Origin: Cladosporium halotolerans
Lineage: Eukaryota
NCBI RefSeq assembly: GCF_011745625.1
Contig: NW_027191457.1
Span: 930,001 to 994,000 of the forward strand
Reading direction: 5' to 3'
Length of the DNA: 64,000 nt
The notes under the pieces are model-generated. The model was given only the letters and a program-made list of their open reading frames with translations. It was not told where the DNA came from and searched no databases. A program made the translations under genes and the position numbers. This document shows positions 25,124 to 36,800 of the stretch, one piece after another (position 1 is the stretch's first letter; every line of letters begins with the position of its first letter).

Positions 25124-26488
25124 ATGGCCGAACTCGCGACGCTCCTCCTGCGAACTATCGCCCGCACCTTCTACCCTACGGAACATGTCCTGCTCATCGA
25201 GGCGCTCATCGTGCACAGCACGCTCTCGGATCAGGACCTCACACATGTCATGGGAATGCAACAGAAGTTTGTGCGCAAGGTCTGTGGGCGTTTAAAAGAG
25301 GACGGGCTGGTGAGCGTGCAGCAGCGGACGGAGCGGCGTACAGACGGCAGTGGAGGTTTCATGTCAGGGTCTGGGAACCAGCCAGGCAAGGAGCGCGTCA
25401 CGCACAGGGACTGGTACTATCTCAACTTCCACACTGCGATTGACAGCGTGAAATACCGCCTGCTTCGGTTGAGTAAGCACGTGGACAGCCTTGGCGCATC
25501 CACGACTGAGAAGAAGGATTTGGTGTGTTCCACTTGCAAGGCGCAATACACCGAGCTGGAAGCTATGGACAGTCTGGATTATGCGACTGGGAACTTCATC
25601 TGCAAGCGCTGTGGGACCGTTCTGGAGCCTGTGGACGAAGAAGATCGCGCCAACGAGAATGAGAGTGTAAAGCGCTTCAACAACCAAGTAGACAAGATCC
25701 GCGGGCTCATGATGCAAATTGACGCCACCAATGTCCCCGAGAACGACTTCGACACGGCACTGTCCAAGCAAAAGCCCATCGAACGCTCAGAGGCCAACCC
25801 TGCCGCTCGGACAGAGATCGTGGACACACCCAACCGCAATCTCCAGAGCACAAAGGGTCTCGCCATCAAGCCAGAGAAAATCTCTGTGCAAGTGCAAGAC
25901 GACGAGACTGTCAAGCGCGAAGCCGAAGAAGCGGAAGCAAAGGCACGACGCGACAAAGAGGCAAGGCAAAACGCCCTCCCCGAATGGATCGTCAAATCTA
26001 CCGTCTCTGGTGATATCACCACCGTTGGCGCGAAAGAAGAAAGGCGAAGACAGGAGCGGGACGCACACCTCGGCGGCGTATCAACGCTCAAGTCCGAGGA
26101 TGCTGAAGACAAGAAGGGCGACAAGGGTGATGAAGATGTCATGGCGGCGTACTGGGCCGAGCTGGCTGCGGCTAAAGAAAAGGAAGCTGCGGAGAACAAG
26201 GAGGAGGACGAAGAGGAAGATGACGATGACGATGACGACGAGTTCGAGGATGTGGATGTGACTGGCGCAAATACACCTGCTGTCAACGGCGCTGGCAGCA
26301 CCGCCGTCTCGACACCTGCCGTCGAGAGCTCCAACGCAACAGACGACGAGCGAGACGCCAAAAGGCCGAGGCTGGACCCAGGTCCCACATCAGGTGTCAA
26401 CGGTGCCTCCACGCCGGTGGTCGCTGAGGGTACGCCGGCGGCTAGCGATGAGGATGAAGACGATGACCTGGAGTTTGAGAACGTGTAA
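25124..26488 (+). CDS. TFA1: Transcription factor IIE alpha subunit
   Basis: N-terminal winged helix (IARTFY...WYYLNF..AIDSVKYRL), zinc ribbon CSTC...CKRC, QNALPEW and an acidic tail ending FENV. Confidence 0.92.
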   Translation: MAELATLLLRTIARTFYPTEHVLLIEALIVHSTLSDQDLTHVMGMQQKFVRKVCGRLKEDGLVSVQQRTERRTDGSGGFMSGSGNQPGKERVTHRDWYYLNFHTAIDSVKYRLLRLSKHVDSLGASTTEKKDLVCSTCKAQYTELEAMDSLDYATGNFICKRCGTVLEPVDEEDRANENESVKRFNNQVDKIRGLMMQIDATNVPENDFDTALSKQKPIERSEANPAARTEIVDTPNRNLQSTKGLAIKPEKISVQVQDDETVKREAEEAEAKARRDKEARQNALPEWIVKSTVSGDITTVGAKEERRRQERDAHLGGVSTLKSEDAEDKKGDKGDEDVMAAYWAELAAAKEKEAAENKEEDEEEDDDDDDDEFEDVDVTGANTPAVNGAGSTAVSTPAVESSNATDDERDAKRPRLDPGPTSGVNGASTPVVAEGTPAASDEDEDDDLEFENV

Positions 26489-26729
26489 AACAACCACGTA
26501 GTTGAGTAGTGCGTGTGCTGCCCATCTACTCTCTCTTTGAAGGCCGTGCAGAGACGGTGCCATACGAACGAGAGAAAACTCTGGTTTCATGGTGTGCTTT
26601 TAGCGTGGCGTTTGGTCTTTGAAATTCTTACAAATCTCGTGGCTGGCGAAAGTTCAGACCAAAGTGCAGGAGAATAAAGGTGTAGCATTTAACCAAAAAC
26701 TCGAATCAATAATACTCTATCAGAACGCG

Positions 26730-29452
26730 TTAACCGCCTATACCCCTCCCAAACCTCTCCGCCTCATCCTCTCTCAACAAACCCCTCCTATCCTCACCTT
26801 CATCTTCAACGTGCTCCCTCAGCGCTCCGCCCTCATGCCCAACACGCCCAACCTCACCCTCATTCAAGACCAGCCAAAGATCCTTCTTCGTCATCAGCCC
26901 TCTCAGCTCTCCACGCGCCACAAACAGAATATACCGCAGCCCCAGCTTCTGGAACATGTCGCTCGTGAGCATCAGGCTCGCCTGCTCGTTCAGCGTGATC
27001 GGCGTCTGATCCATCCACGGGCGCAGGTCGAGCGTCGTGCTCGGGTCCGCAAGCGCCTGGTGCGTGAAAACCGCTTCCATCTCCGCACCGCTGCCGCTGC
27101 CGTCTTCCTGGGTTGACGAGAAACGCGAGAGCGCGTAGCTAAGCTCCGTCCGCGAAATGTAGCCCAGCAGCGTCGGGTCGGCGTGCGACTTGACTATTGG
27201 GAAGCCGCGGAAGCGGTGCTCCTGCAGCAAGCTGCGCAGCGAGGAGATCGTATGGCCTGTCGCGGGCAGGCTGACAAGGTCGTCGGCGCGCGTCATGAGC
27301 TGGCTTATCGGGACGTCGGGCACGGGCGCTTGCGTCGTCTGGTCGAGGTACGGGTAGCCGTTGAGCTGGATCCAGGACTCGTAGATGCCGCGCGCGTGGA
27401 TGGCGTCGCCGATCCATTTTGCAAGCATGACGGCGATCATGATGGGTAGGACGTAGGTTAGCGCGCCGGTCAGCTCGAACATGATCACGACGATTGAGAC
27501 GGTCATGCGCGTTGCGCCGGCGAGGGCGGCGGCGGCGCCGATGACGGCGTACGTGCCGGGGGTCACGCAGGGGATGTCCGGCTCGCAGGCGGCGAAGAAG
27601 AGGGATTTGGGGTGGTTGCGTTGGGCAATTTCGACGATCAGGCCGACGGAGCGGCCGAAGAGGGCGCCGACTGCCATGCTTGGGAGGAGGATGCCGGCGG
27701 GGATTTGTAGGCCAAAGGTGAGGGAGGCGAGCAGGGAGCCGATCAGGGATGAGAGCAGGAGTAGCAGCAGTACGCCTGTGTTTGCAACGCCGGATTTGCA
27801 GAGGCCTAGCTCGTCCGAAGCAATGTCTTTGCACTCTGAGAAGAGGTCTTCGACGAGCTCTGAGCTCTGAGCGCGGAGAAAGGTTACAGGGAAACTGATG
27901 GCGGCTGTTATGAGAGCAACAACCATCACTTCGAAGACTGGGCGGTTGAGAAAAGGGTTTCTGTTCGACTTGCGGATCGACGCAATGCTGAGGTTTGCTT
28001 TGATGAAGAAAGCGCCGTAAAGACCACCAAGAATGCCGATGACTGCGAAAGGTAGCAACTCGAAGGCATGCCACCCGCTGTGGTAAGTGACTTGATAGAG
28101 GACGATCTTGCCAGTGCGGAAAGGGTCGAATGCTTGGAGGGTGACAGCAGCGACCATGGCGCAGACGAAAGAGGCCCACATGGTCTTGTCGGGAAAGTAA
28201 TAACTCAACTGCTCCAGGCTGAAAAGAACACCACCGATGGGTGATCCAAAAGCAACACTGATGCCGCTTGCTGCGGCTGCGGACAATATCTCGCGTTTGC
28301 GTGCCTCATTGCCATTGATGCTTGGGAATAGCTTCATGCAGACATTGGCGCAGCAGCAAGCCACGTGAACGAGGGGACCTTCTTTGCCTAGCCACATGCC
28401 AGATGCTACTGCAAGACACAACCCGATCGATTTGACCGCCAGAGTCCATGCCCCTAGAAAACGTCGGATGACGAAGCCGCCGAGCACAGTTTTGATCTCT
28501 GGAATACCAGACTGCTTCGCGTAGGGAGAGAAGCGGACCACAAGAAAGGAGGCGAGAGTGGCGAAAAGAATCTTGCACTTGTGTTAGGGCAACGGTCATT
28601 GTCACGCAGATGGGGCAGACTTACGGAGAATAGGATGAAAAAGATGTACTCGATGATATATCCCCCTGCCTTGTTACCCAAGCCCATTAAGGCGCCCCAG
28701 CTCCGCCAGTCTTTGCATTCCGCCATGGCATCTTCACCCCAGCAACAGAACGTTTTGTTCAGATAGAATTTGCCTCCGTTTTCAACATTACTGCAGACGC
28801 CGGTCTTCATGTCTCCAAGCCAGTCACTCGCGACATCGATTCCAGCTGCGATTCCTCCGACTGCGAACCCAGTCGCGATTAAGATCAACCAAGATTGACT
28901 TGCGTCCGCTAGGATCTTGAGCTGACCAACGAGACCTGGCGAATTTGTAAAGAGGTGCTGCAAGCGCATGCGCTCTTTACTGTATTCGTATATCCAATCG
29001 ATGGCCGTGAGGTTATCATAGCCAACGCGCCTTCCAGGTCCTTCAACGTACCAGTCCAAGGCGGATGCATCTTTGGTGTCCTGTAGCCCTCCAACGTCTG
29101 CGCTGGTATTCAAATATGAGAGAATCGTATTCGTCGTGGGTGCCGTGTTCATGGGAGGCCGATTGCGCCCGGCCGGTGAAGTAGAGCCATTCCGACTGGC
29201 CGAGAAAGGCGAGGAGAGGAATCTCGACGCGAAGGATGGCTTCGCTGATTTGGCATTGCGTTTGAACGATACCTCCTCGTTTACAAGGCCATCGTGAAAG
29301 GGATCCTCGTCCAGTAGCTCATGCGACTGAAGATCGAGGTTGTCGTCGTCTTCTGAGGTGTGATCTGGCGCGGGCGACGCGTTTGGCGGAGTGCGCGACG
29401 AGGATGCTACGGCGGGCGCATCAGGTGATCGTGAATTTGAGGAGCTCGACAT
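26730..29452 (-). CDS. CLC chloride channel / Cl-/H+ antiporter with CBS domains (GEF1/CLC-3 family); intron about 28572-28624; about 889 aa
   Basis: SGIPEIK, GKEGPLVH, FGSPIGGVLFSLE, PAGILLPS and IVVIMFELTG motifs; C-terminal CBS pair. Confidence 0.93.
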
Positions 29453-29923
29453 GGAGCTGGTGGGTAATCATGGGCACATATTCAAGAAAGTCTACAAAGT
29501 TGCTTGACTTGTGTTATCCCTCCAAGCGTACAGCTACAGCGGCCGAGGGGCTGACGTAGATCATGCGCGTAAGCTCAGTCACGCCTGCGTTTCACTCAGC
29601 ATTAATAGCATGAGGGTCGCTTTTGGTCATTGATTAATCCAACAAAATGAAACAGGCGTTTTGGGCACTCAAGGAAGGTAGATTTGCGTGGTCGCGCTTA
29701 TCATTGCGTGATTCCAGAAGAGATACATCGTAAGAAGGTGTGCTGCCGGTTACACCCTGTGACAATACTTGCAGACGCAAATGCATGACTTGAAGCCCAG
29801 ATGCCCTGGGCAAAATGAAGATAGTTTTATTGTTACAATGATACACTGACCCAAACTCTTGCGTATCAAGACATTTTGAGAACGCCTGTACATTCACCAT
29901 TTATTCCCACATAGCGCAACCGC

Positions 29924-30534
29924 TTACTCCATCTTCGCGACCGCACCAAGACCCTTCATCAGTTCAATCATCTTCTCAGCCTCCTCCTTGGGCACACCCT
30001 CCTTCATCATCTTCGGCGCGCTCTCCACGAACTTCTTCGAATCCACCAAGCTCAGGCCGAGCATAGACTTGATCTCCTTGATGATCTTGGGCTTGGAGCT
30101 GGTATCAATCGACTCCAGCTTCACGTTGAACAGTGTCTTCTCCTCGACCTTCGGCGCGGCCTCCTCGGCCTCCTCAGCAACAGCAGCTGCAGGCGCAGCG
30201 GGACCAGCTGCGGCGAAACCACCCATGGGCATGTCGGGGATGTTAAGGCGAGTCTGTGGCATCGTCAGTGAATAGTCCACGGATCCTTGATGGAATGCGA
30301 TCCTACCTTTAGAGTAGATACCAGGTCCGCAGTCTCAAGAAGGGTCAATTGGCTGATCTGGTCCACGATGCCGGCGATCTTGGGGTTGCTGGGTGCCTCC
30401 GCGGCAGCATCAGTAGACTGCCATCTCCGCGAACTCCTGTAGCTCTGTGCGGCGACGCATCGTGATGTGGTGACGGGCGAAGTTCGCAGGGCGCGGGCGC
30501 ATTGCCTTGCGGCAAACTGGCAGGAGAGAGACAT
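29924..30534 (-). CDS. MNP1: Mitochondrial ribosomal protein L7/L12 (bL12m); intron 30254-30306
   Basis: Arg-rich presequence, IVDQISQLTLLETADLV, Ala-rich hinge and KIIKEIKSMLGLSLVDSKKFVE. Confidence 0.93.
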
Positions 30535-30821
30535 GGTCGATTGCTGTGAGGCGGCGAGGGCGAGTTGAGATGATCGTACTGGTGTGTTTCGCTGCCCTCG
30601 TGCTCTTCCATGGGAGAAAGTCGCGGTGGTGGCTTCCTGTTTAGGTTTGGCGGCTTCCCCTTGCGCTTAGCGCCAGATCGCGACTTGAGGGCCTCGGGAT
30701 TTCCATTCGAGAAAATGTTCTGCAAACCAACAAGCATCTTATAGATGCGTCAAACCGGACCACTCTAATAAATCTTAATTGACGGCGAGGCATACTTGTT
30801 GCCTTCGCAGAGGCCTGCAAT

Positions 30822-33800
30822 ATGGAGTGCACATGGGACTCAAACCTCATGCGCCAGTTGCATGAGCTGCCCGACGATCTAATCGAAGCCATTCGTCTGG
30901 AGAGCAGCCACGAGGAGTATCTGTCGATTTTCACGCGCCGGTGCATCGACCCGCAATACACCTACGCACTTTTTGCATACGCCCCGGATCTCTTTGCGCA
31001 CGTCTGCGCAGATGTTAGACGCCATGGAAGTCTATCAGATTCCGTTGCCACTCTTGGCCGGGTGGTACATTTCGCGCCATATTTCGCACCTTTTGCGCAA
31101 AAGCTTCTGGCGAGCGAGCAATACTCTTTTCAGCGCGGCAACGACACATCAGACGACGTATCCTTCTTGCTCGGAGTCTATCGTCTCTTGAATCACAATC
31201 ATCGAGCTTTCAGCCATCTCGTCGACCCTTCAGTAATCACTAGTCTGCTCCAAAGAAGGGAAAGACCTGTCGTGTACCTTGCAATTCGCATCCTTCAGAT
31301 CATTCTCAGTGGTGCCGATGACTGGTTTGAGGAGATGATTCAACGCTACTTAGGTCGGGATAAGCCCGACAGTCCGATCGACGGCCCCTGGGATGATAGA
31401 ATGATCGACTTTCGGTTTTTGACGCTTTGGGAAGAGGAGCGCGATGAGAGAGTCTATCAGCTTATCCAAGAGGTGCAAAATCAGCAGCAAGATGGCGCCT
31501 CTGGCCGTGTGATTCCAGCGACATGCTTTCATTCGTCGTGCTCGCTCATTGGCGGCATCTTGCTTCCAAGTTTCGTGGAAGCTTCACACTCGCAGAATCC
31601 GAACCCTCTGGTTGAGACACCAGTTGTTGCCCAAAACGTGCGGAGCATTGCCCAGGCTCTCAGATCTCCCAAGCCACTACTTTTGACTGGACTTGCGGGC
31701 TCGGGTAAAACTCTTCTGATCCGCGACTTTGCTGCCAGGCTTGGTAAACTTGATCAGATGGTCACTTTACATCTCAACGAGCAAAGCGATGCAAAGCTTC
31801 TTATTGGAGTATATGCCACCGGTGATTCGCCAGGATCGTTCGTATGGAGGCCTGGTGTCCTCACTACGGCGGTACAAGAAGGTCGCTGGGTCTGCATTGA
31901 GGACCTCGATCGCGCGCCTCAAGAGATCATCGGTTCGCTCTTGCCACTTGTAGAACGTGGCGAGTTGACCATTCCGAGTCGCAAACAAGTCATTCACGCC
32001 AAACAGGGCTTCCGAATCATCGCAACTGCCCGGAGTGCACTAAACCACCGAGGTGAACAGACCAAGCCTTTGGCCCATATGCTTGGGCGTAGACACTGGC
32101 ATGAGGTTCAAGTCACCATGCCGGCGACGGTCGAACAACAAGACATCGCTCTACACTTGTACCCGCCTATCAAGCCCTTCCTCCCGCAGTTTATCACGGT
32201 ATTCGATCGTCTGCAGAGCATGCGCCAAGGCGCAGTTTTGGTGGGTCAAAGCAAAACGGGCGTCTTGCGTCCTATCAGTCCGCGTGATTTGCTCAAATGG
32301 TGCAATCGTGTGACCCACTTGTTGCAGGGCCGCACTTCTTTTACGGGAAGCGATCTCGATAACATTTTCTTGGAGGCCGTCGACTGCTTTGTTGGTGCCC
32401 TACCTGCTGGCGATGCGAAGACCTCCATTGCGAAAGTGATTGCTGAAGAGTTGCACATTGATCCTGAACGCCGCGATTTCTTGCTCACTCAGCGGGATAC
32501 TCGTTATGAGGCTGAGAAGACTCGTATCACTGTTGGTCGCTACTCTCTGCCTCGCTCTCCCGCTGCCAGAAAAGGGAGTCAGGCCCAAAATACGTTTTCG
32601 ACAAATCCGCATACCAGCAGGATGCTCGAGCGTGTTGCTGCAGCAGTGTTGAATAAGGAGCCTCTTCTCCTTGTCGGTGAGACGGGTGTCGGCAAGACCA
32701 CTGCTGTCCAACATCTTGCAACGCACCTGGACAAGAAGCTTGTACCATTCAATCTTTCGCAACAGAGTGAAGCCGGAGATCTTCTTGGTGGTTTCAAGCC
32801 TGTGAACGCTCGATCGCTCATGGTACCTCTGAAAGATGAGTTTGACGATCTGTTCGGCCAAAGTTTCAGTCAAAGCAGGAACCAACAGTTTCTTGATCTT
32901 CTTGGAAAACAGATGATTAAGAGCAACTGGAAGGCGGTATGCAAGCTTTGGCATCAAGCTTTGAAGATGGTCGACCAGCAGCGGCCATCTGCGGAGGCTC
33001 GTCACGGTGAAGGCCCCAGCAAAAAACGCAAAGTCGAATCGAAGAAGAAACCCGATTTTGCAAAGTGGGATGTTTTCGCCGAAAAAGTGGCTGACATGGA
33101 ACACCGCCTTGCGGCTGGGAACGATGGTTTTGCTTTCAGCTTCGTCGAGGGCAACATAGTGAAAGCAGCGCGGAACGGAGACTGGATCCTACTCGATGAA
33201 ATCAACCTTGCTTCTTCCGATACACTTGAGGCTCTGGCAGATTTGCTTGATCCAACCGCACCCTCAATCCTTTTGACGGAGGCCGGAAACATTGAGCGCA
33301 TCGACGCCAGCCCAGACTTTCGCGTGTTCGCCGCCATGAATCCTGCCACCGACGTTGGCAAGAAGGATCTGCCTCCTGGAATCCGTTCGAGATTCACAGA
33401 GCTCTACGTTGATTCTCCAGACAAGGATCTCAAGAGCTTGCAGAGCATTGTCCAGGCTTATCTACGGGCAGAGGCTTCAGCAGATCCAGCAGTGGCTTTG
33501 GATGTCAGCAAATTGTACCAGCGCATCATCGATCTAGCGCAAGACAACAAGCTCGTCGATGGTGCCGGTCAACAGCCCCATTTCAGTTTGCGTACGCTCA
33601 CTAGGACGCTTAGCTACGCTAGATGCATTGCGCCAATGTGCAGTCTGCGCCGTGCTCTTTATGAGGGTATGCAAATGAGCTTCATGACTTTCCTCGATGC
33701 AGAATCTTCGAAACTGGTTCAGCCTTTACTTGAGCAGCACCTGTTTGCCAAGTTGAAGAACACCCGCAGTGAGCTACAAAAGGCTCTGCGAAAGCCAAAT

Positions 33801-36800
33801 GACGAGCACAGCTACGTGCAAGGGTATCCGGGCAGCAAGCATTGGGTTCGCCAAGGAAGGGAGGTGTTGCAAGAGCAACCGCACTATATTATCACACCCT
33901 TCATTCGCAACAACCTTGAGAATCTTGTGCGAGCGTCAAGCACCCGACAGTTTCCTGTTCTTATTCAAGGTCCTACGTCTAGCGGCAAGACCAGTATGAT
34001 CGAGTATCTTGCAGGTCGCAGTGGGCATAAGTTTGTGCGAATCAACAATCACGAGCACACCGACCTCCAGGAGTACCTTGGCACTTACGTCTCAGGCGCT
34101 GATGGCAAGTTGCAGTTCCAAGAAGGTGTCCTGGTCAAGGCCCTCAGAGAAGGACATTGGATTGTCTTGGATGAACTGAACTTGGCTCCGACAGACGTTC
34201 TTGAAGCGCTAAACAGACTTCTTGATGACAACCGCGAGCTTCTGCTCCCCGAAACTCAAGAAGTTGTGCGACCACACTCTGACTTCATGCTCTTCGCAAC
34301 TCAGAATCCTGCTGGCTTGTACGGCGGGCGCAAAACGCTGTCAAGAGCGTTCCGCAATCGCTTCCTCGAGCTTCACTTCGACGATATACCCATCGACGAG
34401 CTGCAAGAGATTCTACACAAGAGGACACAGCTGCCCGATTCTCGATGCAAACGAATCGTTTCGGTCTATCGTGAGCTGTCCGTCCTGCGACAGGAGAATC
34501 GCTTGTTTGAAAGCAAGAGTTTTGCTACGCTGAGAGACTTGTTCCGTTGGGCACTTCGCACCAACGACACGATCGAGCAGCTTGCAGCCAACGGCTTCAT
34601 GCTTCTTGCGGAACGCGTACGGAAGCCGGAAGAGCGCGAAGCGGTTAAGGGGGTGATCGAAAAGGTGATGAGCACCAAGGGGCCAAAAGTCAAGATTGAT
34701 GAGGCTTCTTTGTACTCTAGCGAGAGCCCAGAGATTCAACAGCACATGCAGAACGCCAAGCATCAGGGTGCTGTTTGGACCAATGCGATGCGACGACTGT
34801 ATGCATTAGTATCCAGAGCAGTGAGTAACAACGAGCCGGTGCTTCTGGTTGGCGAGACTGGATGCGGAAAAACTACAGTGTTCCAAATGCTGGCAGATGC
34901 ACTTCGACAAGAGCTACACATCGTCAATGCTCATCAAAACACCGAAACAGGAGACCTGATTGGTTCTCAGCGGCCCGTGCGAAACCGTGCTGCTCTTGAA
35001 GCACAGCTTCGCGGACAACTTTTGGCTGCGCCCGTTCTCAGAGATCACGACATGGCCGCCGCCCAATCAACCGAGGGTCTACTCGAACTCTACGATCGCA
35101 CGTTGCAGTCTCTACAAGCCGACGAAAAGCAACAGTATGAAGCTGGCGCAGTTCATGCTGAGATTCAGTCCAGCTGTGCTCGCTTCAAGGCGTTGTTCGA
35201 GTGGGCTGATGGTAGTCTTGTGCAAGCCATGAAGACAGGAGCCTTCTTTCTCCTTGATGAGATCTCTCTTGCCGATGATTCCGTGCTTGAGCGCCTCAAC
35301 AGTGTCCTGGAACCCTCGCGGTCAATCCTGTTAGCTGAGAAGGGCAGCCTCGACTCCTTCGTAACGGCCATGCCTGGCTTCAAGTTCTTCGCTACAATGA
35401 ATCCTGGCGGAGATTATGGCAAGCGTGAACTCTCGCCAGCTTTGAGGAATCGCTTCACTGAAATCTGGGTGCCTGCGCTCTCTGATCTTGAGGATGTTTC
35501 GTTGATTGTCAGCGGCAAGCTGGCTCCTTCCGTTCAAGGATACTCTAATGCTATGGTCGCTTTTGCGCACTGGTTCAAGGAGCAGTACAATACTTCGGCA
35601 AGCTCTGCTGTCTCTATCAGAGATGTGCTTGCTTGGTCAGAGTTCGTCAACGCTTTCTCACAGATCGATACCGTGGCTGGCGTCGTTCACGGCGCGGCGA
35701 TGGTGTACATCGATACTCTGGGAGCTAATCCAGCTGGCTTGATGACCATGACTGGTAAAAACTTGGAAGCAGAGCGTAGGGCTTGTCTGTCAGCGCTCAA
35801 CAAGCTACTGCGCTCCGACGCGACAGCTATCTACGACACTGACATTGCTGTGACTGTGGATGATAGCAAGGCCAACTTTGGCCCTTTCGCGATCAACCGC
35901 AAATCAGCAGCGTCCGATGCCACGAGCACCTTCAACTTCGATGCTCCGAGAACACGCGCCAACGCCATGCGTGTCGTCCGCGCGATGCAGCTGGCCAAGC
36001 CAGTGATGCTTGAAGGCAGCCCGGGTGTTGGCAAGACAGCTCTGGTCACAGCGATCTCGGCTGTTGCTGGCGTGCCTCTGACTCGCATCAACCTGTCAGA
36101 ACAGACTGACCTTATGGATCTGTTCGGATCTGATACTCCAGTGCAAGGAGAGGAGGCTGGTACATTCGCATGGCGCGACGCACCTTTTCTGCGCGCAATG
36201 AAGAACGGCGACTGGGTTCTTCTCGATGAGATGAACTTGGCGTCGCAATCCGTTCTTGAAGGCCTTAACGCATGTCTTGACCACAGAGGCGAGGTCTTCA
36301 TCCCAGAAATCGGTCAAACTTTTGCACGCCATCCCGAATTCCGGCTATTCGCTGCGCAAAACCCGCACCACCAAGGAGGCGGGCGCAAGGGCCTTCCGGC
36401 TTCTTTCGTAAACCGCTTTACGGTTGTCTATGCTGACTCATTTAGGTCCGAAGATCTTGTCATGATCTGCCAACGCCTCTTCCCTAACCTCCCTCTAGAG
36501 GAAGTTACTAGGGCAGTACGCTTCGTGGACACTCTGGACACTGAAATCGTTCACCGACGACGTTTCGGCGCACAGGGTGGACCATGGGAGTTCAACCTTC
36601 GTGACACTGCGCGCTGGCTTTCCCTTATTCAAGGGCATGGCTTATTGAGCGCCGGAACCTCGCGGGATTTCGTTGACCTTCTCTTCACACAAAGCTTCCG
36701 CAGCTACACTGACCGTGCTCATGTCGCCCAAATTTTTGCTGCTGTCTACGGCATCGATGTCTCTACTGCGGACATAGTGAGCAGCATTTCCAGATCCACC

